From Tubulanus polymorphus (Eukaryota; Animalia; Nemertea), in NCBI RefSeq assembly GCF_964204645.1, contig NC_134034.1, forward strand, positions 6,980,914-7,044,913: a stretch of DNA of 64,000 nucleotides. The letters are read 5' to 3'. This document shows positions 50,760 through 61,900 of the stretch, one piece after another. Positions within the stretch are counted from its first letter, which is position 1. The number at the start of each line of letters is the position of its first letter. Under the pieces are notes generated by a model. It did not search any database. It had not been told where the DNA came from and saw only the letters and a list, made by a program, of their open reading frames with translations. A program made the position numbers and the translations under genes.

Positions 50760-51944
50760 TTACTTTTCTGATTCTAATTCTAAAAACAATTTGCGCCATG
50801 CATCTCCTAATTCTTGCGATCTTCTTTCACCTAATAGTTTAAAATGATAACCATCAACCACATTCAAACCCTTAGCAAAGAATTCATAAGTTAAATAAAT
50901 ATATTGGTTTAATTTGTCTTCACTTATATTTTTATATTTATTTTTTGTTTCATTTCTTATTTTATTTATAACATCCTGTGAAAAATCTTCATAACTATAG
51001 TATTGAATTATTTCATCAAAGTTATCACTTATATTATCATTAGCAGCAACTTTTTTCAATTCTGTTAAAAAATCTATATTTTCAAATTTTATGAAATAAT
51101 GTATACCCCAATAATTATTTAGATCAATTTTTATACGCGTCCGACCAATTTTAATATCTAATAATACTTGTTTTGGATTATTTCTTACATAATCGATAAA
51201 AATTGATCTATATAATTTCCTATGATCATTATTTTCGATATCAAAAAATACATTTGGTACTCTATAAAGGTTATTTAAATCAGCAGCTTTTATTGTATGT
51301 TCAAAAGAATTATCATGTTTAATTCTATCTTTAGGTAATACAACAACATTACACTTTTCACATATATTTCTTTCTATATTATCCAAATGTATCTGTGTTA
51401 ATTTATGCTTTGAAAAATTACTACGACTTATATATTTATCACATTCTTCACAATATTTATCTTCTTTAACATTATCATTATCAATTTCACTATCATTATC
51501 CAATTCATTTAAAATCTTATTCTTATTTTTCTTATGCTTGAGTGAATTAAGATGAGTTGCCCAATTCTTATAACTTTTATACTGTTTACATACGTCACAA
51601 TATTTTTCATTTGTCTTTTTTGATTCAATATCATATGTAGAGGGTATATTATAAGATGTAGATGCTGTTACATCTTCTATTTTATATTCAATATCATTCT
51701 TATCTTCTATTTTAGTTTCAATATTATCTTCTATTTTATATTCAATATCATTCTTATCTTCTATTTTAGTTTCAATATTATCTTCTATTTTATATTCAAT
51801 ATTATCTTTTATTTTACTTATTCTATATTTGAATTGATTAAAGTAATCTCCAAAATACTTACTGTATTCATCATAAGGTAATATATAATATATATCTGAT
51901 ATCATTTCACTTGGAGATTGTATTTCATATATTCCACCTTCCAT
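50760..51944 (-). CDS. Zn-finger protein with acidic tandem repeats
   Basis: (IEYKIEDNIETKIEDKND)x2 followed by three CxxC...H..H fingers. Confidence 0.8.
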   Translation of the reverse strand: MEGGIYEIQSPSEMISDIYYILPYDEYSKYFGDYFNQFKYRISKIKDNIEYKIEDNIETKIEDKNDIEYKIEDNIETKIEDKNDIEYKIEDVTASTSYNIPSTYDIESKKTNEKYCDVCKQYKSYKNWATHLNSLKHKKNKNKILNELDNDSEIDNDNVKEDKYCEECDKYISRSNFSKHKLTQIHLDNIERNICEKCNVVVLPKDRIKHDNSFEHTIKAADLNNLYRVPNVFFDIENNDHRKLYRSIFIDYVRNNPKQVLLDIKIGRTRIKIDLNNYWGIHYFIKFENIDFLTELKKVAANDNISDNFDEIIQYYSYEDFSQDVINKIRNETKNKYKNISEDKLNQYIYLTYEFFAKGLNVVDGYHFKLLGERRSQELGDAWRKLFLELESEK

Positions 51945-51976
51945 TTAATATAAGATTTTTTATTAAAGTTAAAATT

Positions 51977-53224
51977 TTAATACATAACACTATCTAATTG
52001 TGAATTTATAATATTTAATTGCGCGTCAGATATAATATAAATATGCATTTTAAAATTTTTGATTCCCTTTTTCTTTGTCATGAATAATTGTATTCCATCT
52101 TTAGTGTTCTGTAGTTTTTTCCCAGAACCATGTAATGAATTATCTTCAGTTGTTCTAAAATCTAACCATAATGCAAATTTATTACCGGTATAATAATTTA
52201 TTTGATTAATATTACAATTTTCAAATGATTTTATTTTTTCATTCATAAAATGTTTTTTAATTTCTGGCCATTGATCAATCATTCTCATTCCTTGACAAAA
52301 TATTTTATTTGCTATTCCTTCGATAGTTATTTCTACTTTTGTTATTTCAGGATTATAATAATTGTCAACATTTATTGCGCCATTAGTATACGTTCCAATG
52401 GTAAAAAATATTAATATACCTTTAATAGATCTTCTAGGAAAGTTAATATTCTCATTAATTATTTCAGCATTTGCATTAATAGTTACAGTTTTAAATTTAT
52501 CAATATAATCATATAATAATGAAAATCCTTGATTGTATTGAGTTTGAATTATACTTGAAATATTTTCATCAGTTACTGTATCATATTCTAAACATATATT
52601 CGATAATTTATAACTCATATCTTTAACAACGCTTGATAATACAATTTCATTTACAGGAGCAAATGTTATCTCAAATATAATATCTTCTTGAATTGCGTAT
52701 TTATATAAAGGTGCATTATTATTTATCAATTCAAAGTCTAATGGAATTTTATATTTGCTTCCATATATACTTTTTATCAATTTATCTACATCATTAGTTA
52801 ATATTGCGCTATTAGCTTCTGATCTTAATTTATTTTGGTTTTCTGATTGAATACCCTGAAATATCATATTATTTCTATTTTCTTTAGTTAACCATAAATC
52901 TTTATAATGCATAAATAAATTATAATCATCTAATGAGAAAACTGTTTCTGGACCAATCTTTATTGTTAACTTTTTAATCAAATATCTTCCAACATTATCA
53001 ACGACATAATTATTATTATTACCGATTACTTTTATATCGGCTGATAAATAAATACTGTTTGGAACATAAAAAGTATTTTGTGTTAATCGAGGAATTCTAA
53101 CATATAAAGTTTCATCGGGATTAATATTTGAAGGGTTATGAGTAATTATATGATGTGATCTTTCTGCTTTAATAGCATTAGATATTCTATGATTCTTAGA
53201 AGGACTTATATAACTCCCACTCAT
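51977..53224 (-). CDS. Major capsid protein (putative double jelly-roll)
   Basis: 415 aa, rich in predicted beta-strands, the most conserved gene across the three copies; size and context fit a Polinton MCP. Fold is inferred, not computed. Confidence 0.8.
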   Translation of the reverse strand: MSGSYISPSKNHRISNAIKAERSHHIITHNPSNINPDETLYVRIPRLTQNTFYVPNSIYLSADIKVIGNNNNYVVDNVGRYLIKKLTIKIGPETVFSLDDYNLFMHYKDLWLTKENRNNMIFQGIQSENQNKLRSEANSAILTNDVDKLIKSIYGSKYKIPLDFELINNNAPLYKYAIQEDIIFEITFAPVNEIVLSSVVKDMSYKLSNICLEYDTVTDENISSIIQTQYNQGFSLLYDYIDKFKTVTINANAEIINENINFPRRSIKGILIFFTIGTYTNGAINVDNYYNPEITKVEITIEGIANKIFCQGMRMIDQWPEIKKHFMNEKIKSFENCNINQINYYTGNKFALWLDFRTTEDNSLHGSGKKLQNTKDGIQLFMTKKKGIKNFKMHIYIISDAQLNIINSQLDSVMY

Positions 53225-53266
53225 TTATTTAACAAAAAAATTAATTATTTATTTTTTTATTATGGT

Positions 53267-54976
53267 TTACTTGATATTTTTTGATATCATATTTACTAAA
53301 CCAAAAATAATAGCACTTACAACTGTAATTAAAAATAAAATAATATGTTCAGCAGCAAAGTTAATAATGTTTCCTGCAGATTTCAATATAAAACCAACAA
53401 TTGAAGCAATAACTCCTGGCAATGCTGCAGCAGATTTTTTAGATAGTTCCCATAAATATTTTGCTAATTTCTTTAAACCATCTTTAACTTTATCTTGTAT
53501 AGAATTATTGCCTGGAGGTTTATCCGGTTTATTGGGAGTGGGAGTAGATTTCAAAGCATTTGATATTGCTAAACCAATTGTTGTAAATACCATAGTTACA
53601 GCCGTTAGAATTGAAAGAACTGTTATTCCTTCTAATTTAAATAATAACTTTATTCTGTCTTTTAATGATATTTCAGAATCTGGTTTTATCAACAAATCTT
53701 TAAAAATAACTTTTAATTTTTTAATATGATTAAGATCATATGATTTTAATAATATATCTCTTTCTTCTTTTTGTAATTTTATGTTATATTCTAAATCATC
53801 TATTTCTTTTACTAAAGCTAACTTTCTGCTTTCAAAATCAGCTTCATAAACTACTTGATGATCTCTATTTAATTCTAATTGTTTTAATTCTTCATCTGCA
53901 TTAGTTAATTCTTTTTCTAACATGGTTATTTTAGAAAATCTCATCTTAATATTAGCAATTTCATCAGCTGATACTTGTATACCTTTAATTTCTCTACGTA
54001 TTTGTTCAGGAAATGCTTCTAATTCCTCATCAGTTAAATTAAGAAATCCTTTTTCTAGTAAATATTGCAGTCGATTTATTCCAGTTTCAGAACCAGATGT
54101 ATCTGATATACTATTCATCAGTTCTTCTGAATCTCTTAATCTATCAATTTGTTTTTCTAATTGTAATTGACTTGAATAATTATCAATTGGTTGAGTGTCT
54201 CTTCTCGATGTTTCGGGTGTTGAAGATCTTAATCTATCTAATCGATTTCTATTCTCTTCCATTTCTGGATCAAAATCAGTAGGATTTGGATTTTTAAATG
54301 GTGAATATTTGTTTATATCAATATTCGGAATTGGTTCTTCTTCATTTATTCAATCGAATGCATTCCATATAATTCTGAGAAATTCTCTACCACCTTTTGA
54401 ATTTTCAATTGTAGATGTTGCTCGTATTTCAGGTTCAAAAATATTTTCTTGACCCATTTTAGATAATTGAATTGATACAATTTTGTTATTTAAATTAACA
54501 CTATAATACCATGAATCATTTTTAAATTCTAAATTATTTGTGAAATATGGGTCATCTTTAAAAATTTGTTCTACAACACCTTCTGAATCAATTTCATCTA
54601 TTACAACTGTTGGTAATAATTCGTTAACAATTGTATCTGTTACTCTAGATTTCATTTTGAATAATTTCATAGGTTTATCAGGATATTTTTCTTGTTCTTT
54701 TACTAATAGTTCCATAAATTCTTTTCTTTCTCTTCTAGTTGAAATTCTACCAATTTCAGGAGCTTTTAAATATTTATTTAATTTTTCACGTAATTCGGGA
54801 TCATCATCATCATCATCATAATCATCATCTTCACCTAAATTAGTATTATATGCTGATTCATCATCATTATCAATATTAGTTTCATTAAAATCGGTTTGTG
54901 GTTCATCATCAATATATCCTTCATTATTATTTCCCATTGCTCCCATTTCATAATCTTCTCCACCTTCTACATCCAT
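53267..54976 (-). pseudogene. Single ~569-codon acidic/coiled-coil membrane protein interrupted by one in-frame TGA (54350-54352)
   Basis: The 208-aa and 331-aa ORFs share a frame, separated by TGA plus 29 open codons; copy A has both ends in one locus; C-terminal hydrophobic helices. Confidence 0.78.
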
Positions 54977-54992
54977 TTATATAATAAAAAAA

Positions 54993-56294
54993 TTAAAATT
55001 TAAAATATAATATTCCTCCGATTACAATTCCTATACAAGTTATAGCTAATTTAGTATTTTCATGGGATTTATTATCATCATTTAGTTTAATTATATCATG
55101 TTGAATTTTATCCGTTCTATTATTTTCTGATGTATTGTAATCTTTTATTTTAGAATCATTATTTAATTTAATATTATTAGTTTTAGTTTCTGTTGATTGA
55201 ATATGTTTTTTATTTTTTTCATCTTCCATTAATTTTGGAGCAGTAATAATCTTTTTATTTATATCATTTAACCCAAATGAATTATTTATTGTTGCAGTTT
55301 TAATTAGATTATTATAACCAATTATGTTTCCCATCTTTAATACTAAATCATTAGAAATAATTAATAGATTAGGGCCTATACAATAATTAAGTCTTACATG
55401 AGATTTGTCTAAATAATTTTGATATCTTATAATGTTTTCTGGAATCGATCTATTTTTATCATTATGAATTGAATCTTCAAATAAAACTTTAAACTGTTTC
55501 TGCGCATCGAATGAAGTGTTATCATTTCCAATTATTGGGGATCTTGTTTCAACTTGAGCGCCTAAAATACATATCAAATAAATTCTAATAGATTGATTTA
55601 TTCTTTGTATACCTGATTTTGTAAAACCTTCACCATTTTCTAAAATGAAATTAACCCAACCATTATTATTATCAATTTTATAATTATGATAAGCTGAAAT
55701 TCTATGCATATAATCAATTCTTTTTATTTCAAACTCTTCACCAACACCTTGCAATTTACCATGCGCTCTGAAATCGGAATTAATATTTATATTAAATTCA
55801 TTACATATTTTATAAAACTTAGATAGATTAATATTATAATCCAATTTTTTAAAATATTTAGACCCGGGTAAAGGACATTCTAATTCATTTAATATTATTC
55901 TGATTTGAAAATATGTGTGAAATCTAAATATTGTGTGAATTAATTTTAAATCAGAATACTTCAAATTTTTATCTAAGTTATTTAAATGATCATTCCAACT
56001 AATTCCACATCCTGTTGTTGCACAATAAACAGCAAAATTTAATTGATTCTGCCAATATTTCATATTAGATTTTACTTTATATATATGATATTCATCTCGA
56101 GTAAAAGTAACTTCATATGTATTAAATATATTTTCCATTTTAGAAATAAAAAACTGTGATTCATTAACATAAATTTCTAAATTAGTTAATGAATTTAAAA
56201 CTACATTTTTATATTTAATATTTTTCTTAAAATCTATTGCCGGAATATTATATTTAATTGATTTATTATATTGGAAAGCTTTTGGAAACCCCAT
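54993..56294 (-). CDS. 433-aa protein with C-terminal TM anchor
   Basis: WQNQLNFAVYCATTGCG core; tail LAITCIGIVIGGILYF. Confidence 0.8.
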   Translation of the reverse strand: MGFPKAFQYNKSIKYNIPAIDFKKNIKYKNVVLNSLTNLEIYVNESQFFISKMENIFNTYEVTFTRDEYHIYKVKSNMKYWQNQLNFAVYCATTGCGISWNDHLNNLDKNLKYSDLKLIHTIFRFHTYFQIRIILNELECPLPGSKYFKKLDYNINLSKFYKICNEFNININSDFRAHGKLQGVGEEFEIKRIDYMHRISAYHNYKIDNNNGWVNFILENGEGFTKSGIQRINQSIRIYLICILGAQVETRSPIIGNDNTSFDAQKQFKVLFEDSIHNDKNRSIPENIIRYQNYLDKSHVRLNYCIGPNLLIISNDLVLKMGNIIGYNNLIKTATINNSFGLNDINKKIITAPKLMEDEKNKKHIQSTETKTNNIKLNNDSKIKDYNTSENNRTDKIQHDIIKLNDDNKSHENTKLAITCIGIVIGGILYFKF

Positions 56295-56310
56295 TTATAT
56301 AACTAAAAAA

Positions 56311-56745
56311 TTAATAATTTATTAATTCTTTTAATAATTTATCTTGTTCTTCAACTGTTATATGGCCATTTAAACTTATTATATAATCTAGTGTGTTCTT
56401 TAATTTATTAATTTCTTTTATATTAGATTTTATTTTTTCTTTATTACTTTTTATATTTAATTTTGAACTTATACCAGTTAAAACACTTGAACTTAATCCT
56501 AACACACCAATTGATATAGCTAAAGGTGTTAATGGACTGAATATTGCTAAAAATGTTATTACAGAACTAATTGTAACCGAACCACTTATAATCAAATAAT
56601 ATATAATTTTACTTTTTAAATATTTTTTCTTTTTTATCTTTAAGTCACTTTCAAATTCTAATATTTGTTTTTCTAAATATGTTTTTAATTTAGTTTTATT
56701 TATATCATGAGGAATAATATCAATATTATCAACTTTATCTTCCAT
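56311..56745 (-). CDS. 144-aa two-TM (SLATT-like) protein
   Basis: Two adjacent hydrophobic helices flanked by charged helices. Confidence 0.72.
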   Translation of the reverse strand: MEDKVDNIDIIPHDINKTKLKTYLEKQILEFESDLKIKKKKYLKSKIIYYLIISGSVTISSVITFLAIFSPLTPLAISIGVLGLSSSVLTGISSKLNIKSNKEKIKSNIKEINKLKNTLDYIISLNGHITVEEQDKLLKELINY

Positions 56746-56764
56746 TTATTTAGAATAAAAATTA

Positions 56765-57187
56765 CTAATTAGTAAACTTATAAGCAACAAATATAACAAT
56801 AACTGTTCCGCCTAAAATCCATATTATTTCATATTTCTGTTGTTCTTTACTTGGGGTATAATAATCTGATAATTTAGGTTTGTATAGATGTAATTTTTCT
56901 TTATTGGTTACCGCGTTATATAAACTCATTGCATCATCAACTGATTGAAAATCTCTATGTGAAATCTTCTGATCATATAATTCTTTATTGATGTAATCCA
57001 TATAGTTTTGTCTCTTTTCTCTATATTCTTCTGCAGCTTTATTATATTTCTCTAACGCTAAATTATGTCTTCTTTGTTCTCCTAATGAACTATTTTTATC
57101 AATATGTTTAAATAAATAACCACCACCAGTAAATGCTAAAGCGTTAACAATTGCCGATCCTATAATAGTTATAATTGCAGAAGCCAT
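56765..57187 (-). CDS. 140-aa membrane protein (hydrophobic N-terminus and C-terminal TM)
   Basis: MASAIITIIGSAIVNALAFTGGGYLF...IIWILGGTVIVIFVAY. Confidence 0.8.
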   Translation of the reverse strand: MASAIITIIGSAIVNALAFTGGGYLFKHIDKNSSLGEQRRHNLALEKYNKAAEEYREKRQNYMDYINKELYDQKISHRDFQSVDDAMSLYNAVTNKEKLHLYKPKLSDYYTPSKEQQKYEIIWILGGTVIVIFVAYKFTN

Positions 57188-57212
57188 TTATTTAGCAAAA
57201 AAAATTATGCAT

Positions 57213-57434
57213 TTATATGGGAGGAATATATTTTTGTTTTTCCAAATAATCAATAGTTAAATTAGATAAAGTAACCGCTAATGTTAACTTTAAAATATCA
57301 TTGATATCAAATCTATCAACATTAACACTTCCCATTTTGAATACTTTTTTTAATACCATTGAATAACCAACAGTTCCAACTGATAGTAATGCGCCATTAT
57401 ATAATCCAGTTATTATCCACTTATTATCACTCAT
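57213..57434 (-). CDS. 73-aa small membrane protein
   Basis: Conserved in all three copies; hydrophobic GALLSVGTVGYSMVL. Confidence 0.78.
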   Translation of the reverse strand: MSDNKWIITGLYNGALLSVGTVGYSMVLKKVFKMGSVNVDRFDINDILKLTLAVTLSNLTIDYLEKQKYIPPI

Positions 57435-57776
57435 TTATTTATCAAAAAATTTACTATCTTCAAAATATTTAGTTAACTTATTTATGATTATTTCAACATT
57501 TATTTCATTACTAGTTTTATGATTATCATATATTTTGGATAATATGTTTTTAATATCTTCAATAATTCCATCTTCATTTAATTCATAATATTCTAAAGGT
57601 GATTTAATTAAATCAATTACTTTTTCTATATTATACTTTTCTTTATCAATCATTGACGCATTGTTAAATAATTTACTTTTTATATCAGTAATTACATCAT
57701 TTAGTTTAATTCTCATTTCTTTACCATGTTTAAAATCAAACCCAAAACATATACTCGGGCCAACAGTTATATTCAT
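57435..57776 (-). CDS. 113-aa hypothetical protein
   Basis: Homologs in copies A and B; its stop overlaps the next TAAATG. Confidence 0.75.
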   Translation of the reverse strand: MNITVGPSICFGFDFKHGKEMRIKLNDVITDIKSKLFNNASMIDKEKYNIEKVIDLIKSPLEYYELNEDGIIEDIKNILSKIYDNHKTSNEINVEIIINKLTKYFEDSKFFDK

Positions 57777-57793
57777 TTATATAGTGAAAAAAA

Positions 57794-58555
57794 TTACTCT
57801 CTACATCTTATAACTAATTCATAAATTACAGGGAAATTATTTAAATCAATTAAGTATCCATTATGATTTCTAATTTCTAATCTAAAATTATTAAAACGAG
57901 GAATGCATGGTTTGAAATCACATTCTTTTAAATTATAATTTATTTGCGTTCCAAATTCTTTAACATTCTTCAATGGTAAAATGTTTAGTAAACCAGAATT
58001 ACAAGTTATATCTTTAGTTGCTTCGAATGTTTTTGTAGGATCAATTAAATTGCAATAAATATAAAAATGTGTGTAAGGTATTAAGTTTGGTGTAGTAGCG
58101 TCAATATTTGTAAAAGATCTATCTGGAAGAATTCCTAACAGTTTAGCTATAGGTTTTTTTACCATAAATTTATGTTTTTCACTATTAGACAACCTTATCT
58201 TTATTCTATCAGAACTCTCACTTTTTAAAAATCTAATACTAAACCCAGAACTACTACCTAATTTGTGCCAGGCTTTTCTATTAATTTCTTGTGCTAATGT
58301 ATCTAAATTATATAACCCCGGTTTTAAATATATATAGACCCATTCATTTTTATTTTTATTAAAAATTAAAAAAGCTCTATGTTCAATAGTTTTATTCGAT
58401 ATATTATAAAAAGAATTACATAAACTTATATTAACTAATTTTAAATCTACACAATTCTTAAATTCTCTATCTAATTGTACTAATAAATTATGTGATTTAT
58501 AATTTGTAAGTTTTCTAGAATCAACAAATATTCTGTATTCTTTTAATTCTACCAT
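57794..58555 (-). CDS. Minor capsid protein (penton-like single jelly-roll)
   Basis: YRIFVDSR..., NSFYNI, FYIYCNLI, LNILPL, FRLEIRNHNGYLIDLNNFPVIYELVI: pattern typical of Polinton/virophage/NCLDV minor capsid proteins. Confidence 0.78.
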   Translation of the reverse strand: MVELKEYRIFVDSRKLTNYKSHNLLVQLDREFKNCVDLKLVNISLCNSFYNISNKTIEHRAFLIFNKNKNEWVYIYLKPGLYNLDTLAQEINRKAWHKLGSSSGFSIRFLKSESSDRIKIRLSNSEKHKFMVKKPIAKLLGILPDRSFTNIDATTPNLIPYTHFYIYCNLIDPTKTFEATKDITCNSGLLNILPLKNVKEFGTQINYNLKECDFKPCIPRFNNFRLEIRNHNGYLIDLNNFPVIYELVIRCRE

Positions 58556-58572
58556 TTATTTTACATATTTTC

Positions 58573-58914
58573 TTATTCGAAATCTATTTCATGGTGCCCT
58601 TTTTCATTCTTACCTTTGTATACGAAATAGAAATCTCCAGAACATAATTCTTCTAGATCTTCACTTGATAATCTATGAAATCTATCCGGTAAATAAGTTC
58701 TGAATTTATATTTATTTCCTTTTAATCCTTCATATTCTAAATGAATTACTAATTTATCTCCATATTTATTAGTAATTGTTTCAATGTTAGTAATTAAATA
58801 TTTCTTGTGAATTGTTAACTCAGTTAGTTTTTTGAATTTATAATATACAGATTTGACGCTTGAAGTATCTTTAATTCTATCTAAGAATTCACTGTGTACT
58901 TGTTTACTCTCCAT
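58573..58914 (-). CDS. 113-aa protein, possibly OB-fold ssDNA-binding
   Basis: FKKLTEL...TNKYGDKLVIHL...TYLPDRF pattern, adjacent to pPolB; function is inference. Confidence 0.6.
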   Translation of the reverse strand: MESKQVHSEFLDRIKDTSSVKSVYYKFKKLTELTIHKKYLITNIETITNKYGDKLVIHLEYEGLKGNKYKFRTYLPDRFHRLSSEDLEELCSGDFYFVYKGKNEKGHHEIDFE

Positions 58915-58942
58915 TTATTATACACATTTTTATTGAAATTGA

Positions 58943-61900
58943 TTAACACGCTAGAATCCTTTTCATAATCTCATTTTCTTTTGTTTCTTCTCTTTTGAAT
59001 TTTATATATTCATCTAAATTGCAACCATAGGCGACTGTGTGGATTCCATCATCTAAAATATATCTTTTATCATCAAATGGGTTTAGACTTATCTTCTCTA
59101 TCTCTTCAATAAACATTTCATGATCTTCAGATCTTAAACATTTCATTTTATGTTTTCTAACTTCTTCATTAAATATACAATTGATGTAATCTTTGAAATG
59201 AATATTCTTTTCAACAACGCTTTTAGTAATTCCTTTTAACTTTTTAGCTTCATGAGTTTTAGTTTTATAACTATACATTTTAGATCTAATACCAATGAAC
59301 TCTATCATTTCTTCACCACCTAATTCATCCTTAAACTTCCCAGGAACTTTTTTATTATCATTGGTAAACAATTCATGATTTTTTGGATAGTTACTGAAAT
59401 CAAAATGATGTTTTAATGTTTTTAAATCATCTGTTATGTTATCAGTTTTTATCTTTAATATATAACTGTCGGTATCAAAGTATAGAATTTCTATGTGTTT
59501 TTCCCCAAAATGGGGTTGTAATATATTATAATAGAATTCATACATTAGGAATTTTGATAATTCTAAAACTGCAGCTCCAACATAAATTGGTTTATTAAAT
59601 TTCATTGAAGTTCTTCTCATCTTAACTGCTGCTAAATTTTCATCAAATATTCTGTTACCTATAAACTTAGGATATGATTGTAAATGCCTTATCCTTTTAC
59701 CATTACTAACTAACTCAATATCATTTCTATTTCTAATATTTTCACAAGTCTTACCATAGAACGCATTGTTCATTAGTTTAAAGTAATCTTTTTCAAAATC
59801 AGTTTTAGATTTAGTTCTCTGTGTAGTATTAAAATCTATATATTTTTCTAACCATTTAGATTGACTGAATGAAATATATCTATGTACTTTTTTTAATATC
59901 ATTCCTTGTCTCAAATAAAACTTCAACATTCTATAATGCACAACGTAATTATATTTATCTTCTTGAGTTACCATTAACTTTTCAGTATGAATATGATTAT
60001 CGGGTTTAATTCTTTTTTGATAATTTGATAATTCTTCATGTTTAACAGTTTTATGTTCGGGACAATATGCTAGATTTCTAGATTTGAATTTAATATTTTC
60101 AGGGTATTCTAAATCTACAACGAAGAAGTAACCAGTATCTGAATCATCTGCAATATCTAGGATTCTTTTCTTCCAATCAAATTTATCAATTTGTAAAACT
60201 TCAGTTATTTCAAACATCCCATAAGGTTGTGGTTCCATCATTGCCCAACCATAAAGATTATTTGCATCTATGTATAATAATTTATATCCAGGATTATCAT
60301 TTACATTGAAATATCTATCACCCAATACACCTGAAACACCTCCTCTTATAGATTTTTCAAATAATAATAATTGATCTATATTTGTTAACAAATCCATTTT
60401 TATATCTGTAAATTTTAATCCACAATCCCATGTTAATCCTGGTGATGAATAACAATGACAAGGATCAATATTGAAATATTTTAGGTTTACATCTCTAAAC
60501 CTTTCGAATATATCGGTTAATAATAATACATCTGATTTTAAATATAAATCTACTAATTGTCCATGATTTTCTATTTTGAAATGATTCCAAATATTCAATG
60601 TTCTATTATATACTTCATCTTTAACATATTCATTTTTTAATTCATCATAGAATTGTTCTTTTAATAATTCAGTTATTTTAAAATCATTATGATTTTTATA
60701 GAAAGAATATGGAATTGCTCCTTTATATCTCATTAATTGAAAATCATCATTATTTGGGTAGTGTTGTTTTAATATCTTTAATTCATCATCAACTAATGAT
60801 TTTGATAAGTTATCTAATGAACTATTTAAAAATCTATATGAATCTATAAATCTTAGACAACCAAATTGGAATGATATATAATTCTCAGATGTTTTAGCTA
60901 ACATTCTAAATTTATAAGTTGGTATTTTATCTTTTGATCTATTTGAATTTAATATTTCTATTTCATTATTGATTTCTTCTATTTTATAGCATAACTGTTT
61001 GATGAATAAATGTGCATCATATCCTGATAGATTATGAAATATAACTGGTACAAAGTTAATTTTCTTAGCTTGTAAGTTACAATTCTCATGCGCTGCGCCT
61101 CTAAACTTTCCATTCAAATGATCATGGTCTCTTACTTTTTTATCTTTATAATTAAATATCTTTTCACAATAATAACATTTATCTGAAAACTCAAATTCTT
61201 CTTTATCTTCTTCTGTCATAATTATTTCTTTATTTGTATTCAATAATTTACTAAATCTTATTTCATATTCAATTAATAAGTCACAAAAATGATTGATAAC
61301 ATTTTCATTTCTGTAATTATAATATTCACTTTCAATTAGTTCTGGATAATCAGATTTAATATATAACCCGAAAGCAGCAGCTGATTGATGAATCTTTTTA
61401 ATAGTATTTGTTTTTGGTGGTTCATCTGAAAAATCATTTTCATTAGAATTTAATTTCTTTCTTTTATAATATATTTCTTTTCTATTTTGATCAGTTAGTT
61501 CTTTATTTAATGATTCAAAATCTCCATATATTACAAATGGTACTTTATTTTTGTAATCATATTTTTTGAATTCTAATATTTTATCTTTTTCATTTGGTAA
61601 AACTAATTTACAATAATCATGATTTTCGCATAATTGTTTATGATTTAATAATGCACTTTCAGTTCTGAATTTATGTAAACATTTTCTACATAGATATATT
61701 TTATTATCAAAATCATTTTCTGATTTAAAAAATAAATCAATTCTTTTAATCCACATATAATGATTCCTATAATATAGTATATCTATAACATCCTTTGAAT
61801 CATAATCTTTTGATAGATATAAAGGTTCTAATGTATAATGTTTTATGTTGTTACCTTTTGTATTTGGTAATTTGATTAAATCAAATACATTTATCTTTAT

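Noticed and set aside
50590-50847. 85-aa ORF in the repeat region
   Set aside because: Low-complexity translation of the palindromic repeats, overlapping the end of a real gene on the other strand.
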